From the sequence record PV544171.1: a stretch of 64,000 nucleotides of DNA; one strand, written 5' to 3'. A model generated the notes under the pieces. That model was not told the origin of the DNA and ran no database searches. It saw only the letters and a list, made by a program, of their open reading frames with translations. Below, piece by piece: positions 9,130-17,900 of this stretch; position 1 is the first letter of the stretch; the number at the start of each line of letters is the position of its first letter. The stretch is from Enterococcus phage AllMyExes. The position numbers and the translations under genes are program-made.

Positions 9130-9851
9130 GTGTTATCCTCCCTATATGCTTCTCTAACTGTTCCTATACTTTGGTCTGGGTCTGGTTTACTAAATGGTAA
9201 GCTTGCACGCTCTTCCTTACTCAATGTTTTTAAGCAAGCCACATGTACTGCAATGACCCCTGACTTAGCTTCCATGCTGTCCGGGAGTGTAAGTATATAG
9301 TCATTATACAGTTTACTTAACACTAGCCAATAACGATTGCTACTACTTTTCATATTAGCTAAAATCATCATTTTTTCATAGTAATCTTGCCCCATACAAG
9401 AAAGTCCTCCTATTGCAGATTGGAGGAGCTCATCTTCAAGAGCTAAGATAGTATTTGCGTACCCTTTCAGCTCCTTGTTAAGCCCCTCTATAACAATCTC
9501 AAAACATTCTCTTTCTGGGGAGCCTACAGTTAAATCAGTAAGTGGCTCGTATGCTCTTACTTCTCTTCCACTAGGGGCTTGTCTTCGTTTACCTATACGA
9601 TAAGAGTCTTTAAACTCATACTCGGAACGAAAAATTTCTTCTTGACTATTTCTCCCAGACCTTCCTCCAAAATAGTAATCTTCTACTACTCCACCAAGAC
9701 CATTATAATGTCCTCTAGTTGTCCCTATGACTTTAGAATGTCTAATATGGGTTAGCTGACAGAGCTCCCCTCCGTTATCAGGGTCACCTACAATAGCTGT
9801 CTCACATACAGGACAGATATATCCAAAACAAATCACTTTATCTACCTCCAA
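9126..9851 (-). CDS. Hypothetical protein with an N-terminal CPVC...C..H zinc-binding motif.
   Basis: 241-aa ORF overlapping the downstream gene by 4 nt. Confidence 0.55.
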   Translation of the reverse strand: MEVDKVICFGYICPVCETAIVGDPDNGGELCQLTHIRHSKVIGTTRGHYNGLGGVVEDYYFGGRSGRNSQEEIFRSEYEFKDSYRIGKRRQAPSGREVRAYEPLTDLTVGSPERECFEIVIEGLNKELKGYANTILALEDELLQSAIGGLSCMGQDYYEKMMILANMKSSSNRYWLVLSKLYNDYILTLPDSMEAKSGVIAVHVACLKTLSKEERASLPFSKPDPDQSIGTVREAYREDNT

Positions 9852-9861
9852 TTAATATACA

Positions 9862-10302
9862 TTAAGAAAAAGTTACAATTTTTTCACAAGGAATATCATA
9901 GTATGCCTTTAAACCATAATGTTCCAACATGTATTCTTTAGCATAATCTACAAGGTGCTCAGGGCATTTAAATGTGTAAGAGCCACTCATCATTACACCA
10001 CTATTACTTAACTCTTCTCTCGAAGCTTTAGCAAACCACTTAGCACACTCTACAGGATAACCAATAACACACCCTAAAACTTCCTCGTCATTAAACCCTA
10101 GCTTAATTGATTCATTGTATACTTCTATACTCATCTTATCTGATGCTACTAGGTATATACTACCATATAACCTCGTTTTATAATAAGAGCGTTCCAAACA
10201 ACTTAGTTCTTCTTCTTTTAATACGATTGCTACACGATGACCTAAATTAAAATCTAAAATAGGCTTTGGAAAAACGTACTCTGCTTTCTCAACAAACTCC
10301 AC
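9862..10302 (-). CDS. Hypothetical protein.
   Basis: 146-aa ORF. Confidence 0.5.
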   Translation of the reverse strand: MEFVEKAEYVFPKPILDFNLGHRVAIVLKEEELSCLERSYYKTRLYGSIYLVASDKMSIEVYNESIKLGFNDEEVLGCVIGYPVECAKWFAKASREELSNSGVMMSGSYTFKCPEHLVDYAKEYMLEHYGLKAYYDIPCEKIVTFS

Positions 10303-10351
10303 TTAGCTACCTCTTTTCTCATTCCCTAAATTATCTTAAATGTTATATTAG

Positions 10352-10540
10352 TTAGAATGGTAAGTCTCTATTGTATTCTTCCTCTTCTGGGATATATAGG
10401 ATATTTTCAATCTTTTCTTCAATATGTTCAATAATTTCTGTGTGCTCTTTAATTTTCTCTTTATGATTTTCTCTTTGCTTATTTAACTTTGCATATTGCT
10501 GTAATTCATCTGGTGTTAGCTCTTCTAGTCTTTTCTTCAT
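10352..10540 (-). CDS. Small charged coiled-coil protein.
   Basis: 62 aa, rich in K/E. Confidence 0.45.
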   Translation of the reverse strand: MKKRLEELTPDELQQYAKLNKQRENHKEKIKEHTEIIEHIEEKIENILYIPEEEEYNRDLPF

Positions 10541-10998
10541 TTGTTTTCTCCTTCTAATGTAATTTTCTCTACGTCATCAACACTACCAAAAGATGGGGGC
10601 TGTGTCAAGTTCTTATCTAACCAGTTAGCGATAATGTCATGTAACTCGTCTATAGCCTCATCGCTTACTTCATCCGTTGGGTAGTAGTTATCCGCTACTT
10701 CTCCATATTCACTATATAGCTGTTCCCCTACAGATTCTAACATACCTACTACATCTACACTAATAACTGCTTTATTGAACTGCCCTACTGCAAAGCTTGT
10801 TGTTCCCTTTTCAGGTAATGCCCCAAATATATCCTCTACGTGCATCCCTAAGCTATCTACATATGTTTTTCCTTCATTAATGGACAATAATGCAAGTTTT
10901 CCTGCAGACACTGCCTCTTCTCTCGTAGGGAACGTCTCACACGCTTTCCATACACCTGTGTCTTCCTCTAGTGCTAATGCATAGTCTTTATCTTCCAT
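10537..10998 (-). CDS. Highly acidic hypothetical protein.
   Basis: 153 aa with a large excess of D/E. Confidence 0.55.
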   Translation of the reverse strand: MEDKDYALALEEDTGVWKACETFPTREEAVSAGKLALLSINEGKTYVDSLGMHVEDIFGALPEKGTTSFAVGQFNKAVISVDVVGMLESVGEQLYSEYGEVADNYYPTDEVSDEAIDELHDIIANWLDKNLTQPPSFGSVDDVEKITLEGENK

Positions 10999-11011
10999 TG
11001 TCTTGCCCTCC

Positions 11012-11188
11012 CTATCCTTTTAGTATAATCATATTTGTGTTACTGTCTAAGTGCCATCCATCAAATTCTAAATAGTGGTCATAGGGGTTAATTGGTTCAC
11101 CTACAACTATATAGTCCTCTAGTGCGTGACCTTGGTCTTTTAGCTCTAGTAATTCGTCTAGTAAATCTTGTGCTGTCAAATTATTCAT
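11012..11188 (-). CDS. Small hypothetical protein, 58 aa, not in the ORF track.
   Basis: ATGA overlap with the stop of the protein at 11185..11382. Confidence 0.4.
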   Translation of the reverse strand: MNNLTAQDLLDELLELKDQGHALEDYIVVGEPINPYDHYLEFDGWHLDSNTNMIILKG

Positions 11189-11382
11189 GCCATGTAGTAT
11201 CCTTTCTTTTTAGCTTCTTCCCACTCATCTACAGAAAACAAACGCTCATTCCGAGACAGAGAGCCATAACAGTTTACTGTTAAGTCTACCATTAGGAAAT
11301 CTTTACCGTATTGTTTTGTCCAACTCTCTGTATATGGTGTTACTGAATGCACTTCTTTAATATATTGCTCTAACATATTCAT
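11185..11382 (-). CDS. Hypothetical protein.
   Basis: 65-aa ORF. Confidence 0.5.
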   Translation of the reverse strand: MNMLEQYIKEVHSVTPYTESWTKQYGKDFLMVDLTVNCYGSLSRNERLFSVDEWEEAKKKGYYMA

Positions 11383-11816
11383 TTTATATTACCCTTTCTT
11401 GGTTTAAATTTTCGTGTTTGTGTTCGGTTGTTTCTACTTACTTCTTTGTACCTACGGATTCCTAATGCCTTAGCTTCTGGACGAGAACGACCTAGCTGTC
11501 TTACAAATAAATCTATTGCTTCTTTTACTTTGTCATCATACATCTTCCCTAATTCTCGGAAATACTCAAACTCACCTAAATACACATGGGGCATACGCCA
11601 TTCATCTAGGGTAGCCTCTACTATTGTTCGTTTGTTTAAATCATAATTATAGATATATAGAAATACTATATAAGTACCTGTCATCAAAGAATAGCTTGTC
11701 TTAATTTCACTTAGTGCTACACTGTCTCTTAATGATACTAAATAGCTATTCCACTTTTTCTTACGTTCTTCTGCTAAAGTTTCTATGAAGTGGTTTACCT
11801 CTTTCTCATCCCTCAC
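11379..11816 (-). CDS. Hypothetical basic protein.
   Basis: ORF downstream of the promoter at 11848-11876. Confidence 0.55.
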   Translation of the reverse strand: MRDEKEVNHFIETLAEERKKKWNSYLVSLRDSVALSEIKTSYSLMTGTYIVFLYIYNYDLNKRTIVEATLDEWRMPHVYLGEFEYFRELGKMYDDKVKEAIDLFVRQLGRSRPEAKALGIRRYKEVSRNNRTQTRKFKPRKGNIK

Positions 11817-11847
11817 TACTTGCTACCTCCTTGTTGTTTATGTCTAT

Positions 11848-11876
11848 ATATTATCACCTACTTTGTTATATGTCAA
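11848..11876 (-). promoter_or_regulatory. Sigma-A-like promoter: TTGACA, 17-bp spacer, TAATAT.
   Basis: Minus strand reads ggtgTTGACAtataacaaagtaggtgaTAATAT. Confidence 0.55.
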
Positions 11877-11885
11877 CACCTTTGT

Positions 11886-11923
11886 AATAAAAAAGAGCCT
11901 AGTAATTTACTTACTTAGGCTCT
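11886..11923 (-). terminator. Rho-independent terminator for the minus strand.
   Basis: Hairpin agagccta...taggctct with an A-run on the plus-strand left flank, giving a U-run in the minus-strand RNA. Confidence 0.5.
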
Positions 11924-12647
11924 CTTGTTTATATGTGTTTAATAAGTTACCTTTACTATCGACAACAACAGCATTAAGTTGACCACCATATGCACAGGCA
12001 CCATCAATAAAAATACTTCTGTCACCTAAGAATACATCGTGGCTGTTCTCTTTTCTCAAATTAATTGTGGGTGTGTGACCCATTACAATTGTCTTATCTG
12101 TTTTATTCTTCTGTAACGCTAAGGGTCTCGTCCAAATCATTTCATCTTTAGTAGCTGTTTTCCAATCAGGCTGACGATAAACAGGTATTCCTGCGTGTAC
12201 ACATAAGGTGCCTCCATGCTCATAGTATGGTTCTAATAAACTAATTACTTCAACTACATTTGTTTTTTCTAGTAGCGCCTTCCTAGTGGCAAAAGCATCC
12301 TGTGGGTGCTCGTCTAAACCTAATAAGCTACTTATTGTTTTATCACCGCCATTGTACATCCATGTTGCGTACATCTCACTTAGGTCTTCGTAGTCTGCTT
12401 CTCTTATCAATGGAAATGTTAAAAAATCTAATAACATTTGGTCATGATTTCCTAACAAAGCAGTTCCTCCATTAAGGATATGTTTATAAACGAAACCCAG
12501 TACTTCTGCGGATTTACTACCTCTATCTACGTAGTCACCTAAAAGTATTAAGTCCTCTTCATCACTATTCCAATGTTTATTAAGAAGCATTATTAGCTCA
12601 TCGTAACAACCATGTATATCTGATACAATAAATACTTTATCTTTCAA
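11907..12647 (-). CDS. Ser/Thr-type metallophosphoesterase (calcineurin-like, PrpE/ApaH-like).
   Basis: Motifs DIHG, GDYVDRG, GNHD in canonical order. Confidence 0.75.
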   Translation of the reverse strand: MKDKVFIVSDIHGCYDELIMLLNKHWNSDEEDLILLGDYVDRGSKSAEVLGFVYKHILNGGTALLGNHDQMLLDFLTFPLIREADYEDLSEMYATWMYNGGDKTISSLLGLDEHPQDAFATRKALLEKTNVVEVISLLEPYYEHGGTLCVHAGIPVYRQPDWKTATKDEMIWTRPLALQKNKTDKTIVMGHTPTINLRKENSHDVFLGDRSIFIDGACAYGGQLNAVVVDSKGNLLNTYKQESLSK

Positions 12648-13123
12648 TGAATAACAGCTCCTTTAACTACTTCTGCTAGCCAGTAAGTAGCCAGTACTAG
12701 CACAGTATTGACAATAAATGTTATTACTATAACCAGTGCTAGCTTATAATTTTTACTCCTAGCATTATAGTTTATATAATTTTTTATGTTAACTCTAATA
12801 TTTTTAAAAAAAGTGCTTCCATATACGTTTAGTGCTATATATAGTAAAAGCAATACGATAAAGTAGCCTTGAGCTAGGAACACGTCAGATTCCCTGAACG
12901 ATTTATTAAACCATATGCTGAATATCGCAATCACTTGGTGAATTATAAGCATTGCGCCATTACCAAAAAGGAGTATACTAAACGCTATACCGACTACGTC
13001 TCTGTACTCTGAAAGTAGTCTATCATATACTATTATCCCTTTAGTAAAAATAAAAGCAACAACTGCCATCTGTATAAGTAAAAATATTGTTACGGCTAAT
13101 AAGTTTTCTGTATGCATGGTCAT
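12644..13123 (-). CDS. Polytopic membrane protein.
   Basis: 4-5 hydrophobic helices. Confidence 0.55.
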   Translation of the reverse strand: MTMHTENLLAVTIFLLIQMAVVAFIFTKGIIVYDRLLSEYRDVVGIAFSILLFGNGAMLIIHQVIAIFSIWFNKSFRESDVFLAQGYFIVLLLLYIALNVYGSTFFKNIRVNIKNYINYNARSKNYKLALVIVITFIVNTVLVLATYWLAEVVKGAVIH

Positions 13124-13126
13124 AGT

Positions 13127-13378
13127 TTAGCCACTCCTTTCAAAATGGGTAAAGAAAGAATAATAGGTATATCGTTCTTTTTCTACCCTACCCTCATGTA
13201 TAAAGGTGAACTCAACAAATTTAACTCTTAACGGTATATCTGGTGCTTTCTCCCAAGGAAGTACTCTTGGGAAATCATAGAATACTCTTGTGGGATAAAC
13301 TTCTTTCATAAGTATCCTAGGGTATCTTTTCTTTGGTATAAATCTTTTACCTATTATACTTGAGTAGTCAGGTTTCAT
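13127..13378 (-). CDS. Hypothetical protein.
   Basis: 83-aa ORF. Confidence 0.45.
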   Translation of the reverse strand: MKPDYSSIIGKRFIPKKRYPRILMKEVYPTRVFYDFPRVLPWEKAPDIPLRVKFVEFTFIHEGRVEKERYTYYSFFTHFERSG

Positions 13379-13986
13379 TGTAAGTCACCATGAATAGAGT
13401 ATGCTCTACTTGCTTTGTTAAAGTTTACTTGTTTTTTGTTTACTAATCTTATTGCATCTTCTAATAAAAGAGGTTTTCCTAATTTATGGTTATCTAATTC
13501 TGGTGAGTCTACCCCTACATTCAGTAAGTTTGGTTCGGGTCTGGCTAACTCATGAATGTGTCCATGTAGATTAATTAGGTTACCTCTATCTCCTAAAATT
13601 AGTGGGTAATGTGTCATATGCACAACCTTATGCATTCGTTTTAAAATAATACCAACGTCTTCCCAATGAACCCTATCATTCAGGGAAGTATTGCGTTTAA
13701 TCTCTTTTCGTAGAGGACTGTTATCGTGGTTACCCTTTATTAGCCATATAGTGCCATTTAAGCGCTCTAAGACGTTAGCTATACTATTTACCTTGGCACC
13801 CATTGCGAAGTCTCCTAGGTGATATACAATGTCCTCTGGACGTACTGTAGTGTTCCACTCATTGATTAGATACTCGTTCATCTCTTCCACATCTTTAAAT
13901 TGTTTCCGTGTGTCCATAAAAGAGGCTTCCCCACAAATGTTTCTATGGAAGAAGTGCATATCAGATATTACATATTCTCTCCCCAT
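13375..13986 (-). CDS. Second metallophosphoesterase.
   Basis: Motifs SDMHF, GDFAMG, GNHD, and GHIH late in the protein. Confidence 0.7.
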   Translation of the reverse strand: MGREYVISDMHFFHRNICGEASFMDTRKQFKDVEEMNEYLINEWNTTVRPEDIVYHLGDFAMGAKVNSIANVLERLNGTIWLIKGNHDNSPLRKEIKRNTSLNDRVHWEDVGIILKRMHKVVHMTHYPLILGDRGNLINLHGHIHELARPEPNLLNVGVDSPELDNHKLGKPLLLEDAIRLVNKKQVNFNKASRAYSIHGDLQ

Positions 13987-13998
13987 ACTTGCTCCTCC

Positions 13999-14349
13999 TT
14001 AGTGTGTTGCAAACCATACGAATACAGCTAGTTGTAGATAGTGTACTGTTTGGTCGATAATTAGTTGTGTCTTTTTATTAGGTACTGTTTTTAAGAACCA
14101 TGCACTTTGTGCTTTTAAATAGTCCATGATAAAATGTGGAACCCATAAGCATACTACAATTAGCCCAAGTTTTACTGGTGTTCCTAAGAACAATGTAGTT
14201 GCAACAATAATATACGTCCAGATGTTTACATGGATGATTAGTAGATATAAATCAGTCTGCTTTCCTTTTGCGATATAGTCACTTTGTAAGGCATAGTCCC
14301 CTACTGCGTGAGCCATTGTAAAGATAATTACATAGTATAAGTAATTCAA
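13999..14349 (-). CDS. Membrane protein, possibly DUF3307-like (AHAVGDYALQSDYI); TTG start.
   Basis: AGGAGGA RBS followed by a TTG start; 3-4 TM segments. Confidence 0.5.
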   Translation of the reverse strand: MNYLYYVIIFTMAHAVGDYALQSDYIAKGKQTDLYLLIIHVNIWTYIIVATTLFLGTPVKLGLIVVCLWVPHFIMDYLKAQSAWFLKTVPNKKTQLIIDQTVHYLQLAVFVWFATH

Positions 14350-14462
14350 ATTAAGTCCTCCTCTTTATATGGATAAGGACAAGTGTCACATTCAAATCCA
14401 TATTCGTTAGATGCTCCCTCTAATAAATCTCCGCCACATTCTGGACAAGTTGCTAGTTTCAT
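14346..14462 (-). CDS. Small zinc-ribbon protein, 38 aa, not in the ORF track.
   Basis: AAAGGAGG RBS; MKLATCPECGGDL...CDTCPYPY. Confidence 0.45.
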   Translation of the reverse strand: MKLATCPECGGDLLEGASNEYGFECDTCPYPYKEEDLI

Positions 14463-14475
14463 TGTTCTGCCTCCT

Positions 14476-14688
14476 TTACATGATTTCAAGATATAGTCCT
14501 GCACTTGGTGTTGTAGAAATCATCATGACTTCTAGCTCTAAGTGGTCTTCAATACCTTCGTATTGTTCAATAAGTGATTTTTCTTCTGATAAAGTGAATG
14601 TTACAATCTCTTCATCCGTCATATGCTCTACTAATGTAACTGTGCGACCAAATTCAATATGCTGTAATAGATGTCCTAGTTTAATCAT
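14476..14688 (-). CDS. Hypothetical acidic protein.
   Basis: GGAGGG RBS. Confidence 0.5.
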   Translation of the reverse strand: MIKLGHLLQHIEFGRTVTLVEHMTDEEIVTFTLSEEKSLIEQYEGIEDHLELEVMMISTTPSAGLYLEIM

Positions 14689-14768
14689 TATAGTTTCCCT
14701 CCATCAATTAGTAATAGTAGAATACCACCTAATACCAGTAACCAGAATACTGCTAAGATTAGTACCAT

Positions 14769-15182
14769 TTAGTTGTCCTCCTTGAACAGCTCATCGTATA
14801 ATTCTTGAACTGCTTCACGCTTTACTTTTAACATTGCAATCTGTGTTGATATGATATTACTTGGTTTTCCCACCAAACGCCCCTCTAAGTGTCCAATATC
14901 CATATTATATTGAATAAGGGTTTGTTGAAATTTTTTTCTAATCTCGGTGCATTCATTAATTGGTTGCTTCGGTTCAATCTCAATCAGTTCAAACTGTGAA
15001 TACCAGTATTCATTTAATTTATTCAGTAGCTCACCACGTGTTTTTCCAGATTCTGCGGTTGTCCCATCATCATCTTTAATAAAGTACCCTATAGTATTGT
15101 TGTGAGCAATCTGATACTCTCTGCCCCCTGTGAAAAAGGGTTCTTGTGGGTTTGTAATTACACATTTCATTCTGTATGTCAT
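14769..15182 (-). CDS. Hypothetical protein, paralog family B. I chose the start at the internal Met, which has an RBS.
   Basis: GGGAGG RBS before MTYRMKCV; shares K.IRCT.K...FTEGKEY...DD..GYF..DD.G..ESG.T..ELL..LN.YW.S.FEL with the protein at 15187..15594. Confidence 0.55.
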   Translation of the reverse strand: MTYRMKCVITNPQEPFFTGGREYQIAHNNTIGYFIKDDDGTTAESGKTRGELLNKLNEYWYSQFELIEIEPKQPINECTEIRKKFQQTLIQYNMDIGHLEGRLVGKPSNIISTQIAMLKVKREAVQELYDELFKEDN

Positions 15183-15186
15183 TTTA

Positions 15187-15594
15187 TTAAACCTCCCATT
15201 CCTCAATGAGGTATTGGCTTTTATAGTTTGCATAGAAATCTGAGTCACTTGAGAAGTATATATCTAGTTCTTTTACTTTTTCTAGTACTCCTTGAAGGGA
15301 TGTACCAACTGCCATGTTAGTACCTGTCCCCTTATCAATTCCGAGATAGAGTGTAATTTTCTTTGGTTCTGCACCGAGCAATTCAAACTTAGAATGCCAA
15401 TAGCTATTTAATTCAGCTAATAGTAACTCAGGAGTGGCTCCTGATTCTATAATGTCTCCCTCATCATCTCTAAGGAAGTAACCTCTAGCATCATCATCAT
15501 AGAATACATCGTACTCTTTACCTTCTGTGAAGATAAGCTCTGTTTTACGTGTACATCTAATTTTTAGTGTCATTTTTGCTTTCCTCCAATTCAA
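15187..15594 (-). CDS. Hypothetical protein, paralog family B.
   Basis: See the protein at 14769..15182. Confidence 0.55.
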   Translation of the reverse strand: MNWRKAKMTLKIRCTRKTELIFTEGKEYDVFYDDDARGYFLRDDEGDIIESGATPELLLAELNSYWHSKFELLGAEPKKITLYLGIDKGTGTNMAVGTSLQGVLEKVKELDIYFSSDSDFYANYKSQYLIEEWEV

Positions 15595-15850
15595 TTTCTT
15601 TTATTGATACAAAGCCAAGTATATTGCGGAAAGTACGGTCTTCATTCCAGTATATAAATTGTGTTAGAAGTGGTTTGTGGTCATCTGTGTATGTTGTTTT
15701 TGTCTCGTAGTAGCTTTCTTCAATTTGTTCATCAATATTCTGTACCATTTCATTATAATATGTGACTGCTTTATCATATGAGGTGAAAGCCCTCATTTTT
15801 ACCGCTCTATACTCAAATTTCACTAACCATGCTGAGCTTAATTTCGTCAT
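15557..15850 (-). CDS. Hypothetical protein.
   Basis: ORF; start may be internal. Confidence 0.45.
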   Translation of the reverse strand: MTKLSSAWLVKFEYRAVKMRAFTSYDKAVTYYNEMVQNIDEQIEESYYETKTTYTDDHKPLLTQFIYWNEDRTFRNILGFVSIKEIELEESKNDTKN

Positions 15851-16040
15851 TTATTTCTTCCTCCACTTCTTTGATTGACTTGATTATATATCTGTGATTC
15901 TCTCTAAATGCGTGGTAAGCATCATCAAGTGAATATGCGTATAACCTTGTTGTTTGCATTACAGTTCTATATCCGTTACGTCCAACCATTGGTTCGTCAA
16001 CTTCTACTTCTAACTCAAATAATAGTTGTTTTCTAATCAT
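15813..16040 (-). CDS. Hypothetical protein.
   Basis: ORF downstream of the promoter at 16069-16097. Confidence 0.5.
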   Translation of the reverse strand: MIRKQLLFELEVEVDEPMVGRNGYRTVMQTTRLYAYSLDDAYHAFRENHRYIIKSIKEVEEEINDEIKLSMVSEI

Positions 16041-16068
16041 TGTTTTTCCTCCCCTTTTCTATGATATA

Positions 16069-16097
16069 ATATTACCCTACTATTATGATTCTGTCAA
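16069..16097 (-). promoter_or_regulatory. Sigma-A-like promoter: TTGACA, 17-bp spacer, TAATAT.
   Basis: Minus strand reads ccTGTTGACAgaatcataatagtagggTAATAT. Confidence 0.5.
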
Positions 16098-16293
16098 CAG
16101 GCAAAAAAAAAGAAGTAGAAAAATCTACTCCTATTCATCGTTTGACAACTTTTCCATACCATATAGTAGCTGTAGTAGTACATATAGTACAATATCAAAT
16201 CCGCCAAGTGGCTTTCCAATTACTATAACTTTAACAATTGTCAATACCGCTAAAAAAATAAATAGCCACCCGATTATTTTATTTGCATGTTTT

Positions 16294-16641
16294 CTAATTC
16301 TCATAACTTTCTAGTACCTCTTCAATATTCTTTCTGGTTTCGTTAGCTAACTTACCAGTCCGTTCAAGCCAACCTCTAACCATTTCTTTTTCTACTTTGC
16401 TATGTTTGTTCGCATCCTCCTTGATGCCTTCTACATTTTCCATCAAATTATCTAAGTCCTCCATAACATCTAATAAAGTGTTTCTTAATTTTAACACATC
16501 AATAGACAACTCATAGTTCCGTTTAGACAATTTTTCGTTACGGATAAAGTTCTTTTTTAGTTCTTGTTGTGTTTCTAGTAGCTGAGTAGTTTTAATAATA
16601 TCAGCTTCTAATTTACTAATTCCGTCTAGTTCATTCATCAC
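16294..16641 (-). CDS. Coiled-coil protein.
   Basis: 115 aa, heptad-rich. Confidence 0.5.
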   Translation of the reverse strand: MMNELDGISKLEADIIKTTQLLETQQELKKNFIRNEKLSKRNYELSIDVLKLRNTLLDVMEDLDNLMENVEGIKEDANKHSKVEKEMVRGWLERTGKLANETRKNIEEVLESYEN

Positions 16642-16892
16642 ATGTCCTCCTCATATTCTACTACTTCCTCAATAATTTTCAGTACTTCTTCTGCTGTGCC
16701 TACTGTGCTATAGTCCGCAAAGTTTTCTGCAGGTTTCATAATAGCCACTGAATAGGGTTTGTTCTCTACATAGATATGTCCGAATCCTTTTAGAGAATGA
16801 ATTACCTCTACTGACCATCCATTAGCGTACTCTTCTCGGTATACTACTTGCTCACTGGTTGCTCTTACTGGTTTATTCATTGTTAAAACCAT
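16638..16892 (-). CDS. Hypothetical protein.
   Basis: Coupled ORF. Confidence 0.5.
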   Translation of the reverse strand: MVLTMNKPVRATSEQVVYREEYANGWSVEVIHSLKGFGHIYVENKPYSVAIMKPAENFADYSTVGTAEEVLKIIEEVVEYEEDM

Positions 16893-17127
16893 AGAAGTTT
16901 CTTACAATGTTTTCTACACGCTCCATGCCCTCTAAGTAGCTACGTTTCTCAGGGGAGATATAGTTCTTGTAATGAGGGACTTCCTTCTCTTCCTCTACCT
17001 CTTTTGTAGTACGTTCAATCAGTTTAATAAGTTTTACTTCGTTCTCTAGTTGAGACTGGATAATGTCTAACAGTTCATTTTTCGAGCAGTTGTTTAGTGG
17101 TTTACTTCCATAGTCAATAATTGTCAT
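16873..17127 (-). CDS. Hypothetical protein.
   Basis: ORF. Confidence 0.5.
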   Translation of the reverse strand: MTIIDYGSKPLNNCSKNELLDIIQSQLENEVKLIKLIERTTKEVEEEKEVPHYKNYISPEKRSYLEGMERVENIVRNFYGFNNE

Positions 17128-17137
17128 AGTATTCCTC

Positions 17138-17473
17138 CTATTTTAATGTGTACTCTTTATATCCTTTATGTGTATCGTGCCCGCACTTTGTACAAAAGCC
17201 TGCTTGTTCAATATCTGTTGAAGAGTAACCTGTTTGTACTGCATACGTCTCATAAGTATGGTCACACGTATCTTCTTCTGATTCATCTATTTTCTCTAAA
17301 CGAATAGCCTCTCCTTCTGCCACTTCGTGGTTAAAGAGCAATACTGCAGTTTTAATAGGTTCATATATATCTGGGTGGATGGCTTCATTCATCTTAAAGC
17401 TATTTCCGCTAAATTCATTGAAAGCATCTAGCCATTCCTGACTGTTCTCATAAGATACAATTCTGTAATTCAT
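17138..17473 (-). CDS. Hypothetical protein with a C-terminal C..C..H zinc ribbon. I chose the start at MNYRIV, which has a GAGAGGAG RBS.
   Basis: The longer form would overlap the protein at 17448..17885 by 74 nt. Confidence 0.5.
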   Translation of the reverse strand: MNYRIVSYENSQEWLDAFNEFSGNSFKMNEAIHPDIYEPIKTAVLLFNHEVAEGEAIRLEKIDESEEDTCDHTYETYAVQTGYSSTDIEQAGFCTKCGHDTHKGYKEYTLK

Positions 17474-17885
17474 ACGAAAGCTCCTCTCGTGTTTTCTTAA
17501 ATAACCAATACCGTTCATCAATTTCTTTTATCTCTGCCTCTGTTAAATAGTAGCCTTTTAATTTGGATAGGGTATCTTGACTCAATGGCTCGTTTCTAGG
17601 TAATATGCATACTGCTAACTGCCCATCATTGCGTAATAGTAACCCGTAGTCTCTCTCCTGTTTCTGAGGCATTACTACATAGTACTTAGGTAAACTAGCA
17701 GTGTTTGCTACTGCTTGAATAAAAGTATCTGTATTTGCGAAAAACCATTTACTAAACTCTGACTTGGGATACTCACATGCGTGTCTCTGCCCTTCCAAGA
17801 TAATTTGTAACTTATCCATAAGTTGTTCTCGTTGTTTATCAATAAACTCTTTTACCTGTTTTGGTACTTCTACCTCATTATTCAT
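17448..17885 (-). CDS. Hypothetical protein, paralog family A (copy 3).
   Basis: C-terminus YYLTEAEIKEIDERYWLF. Confidence 0.55.
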   Translation of the reverse strand: MNNEVEVPKQVKEFIDKQREQLMDKLQIILEGQRHACEYPKSEFSKWFFANTDTFIQAVANTASLPKYYVVMPQKQERDYGLLLRNDGQLAVCILPRNEPLSQDTLSKLKGYYLTEAEIKEIDERYWLFKKTREELSYELQNCIL

Positions 17886-17900
17886 AGTTTGTCTCCTTTG

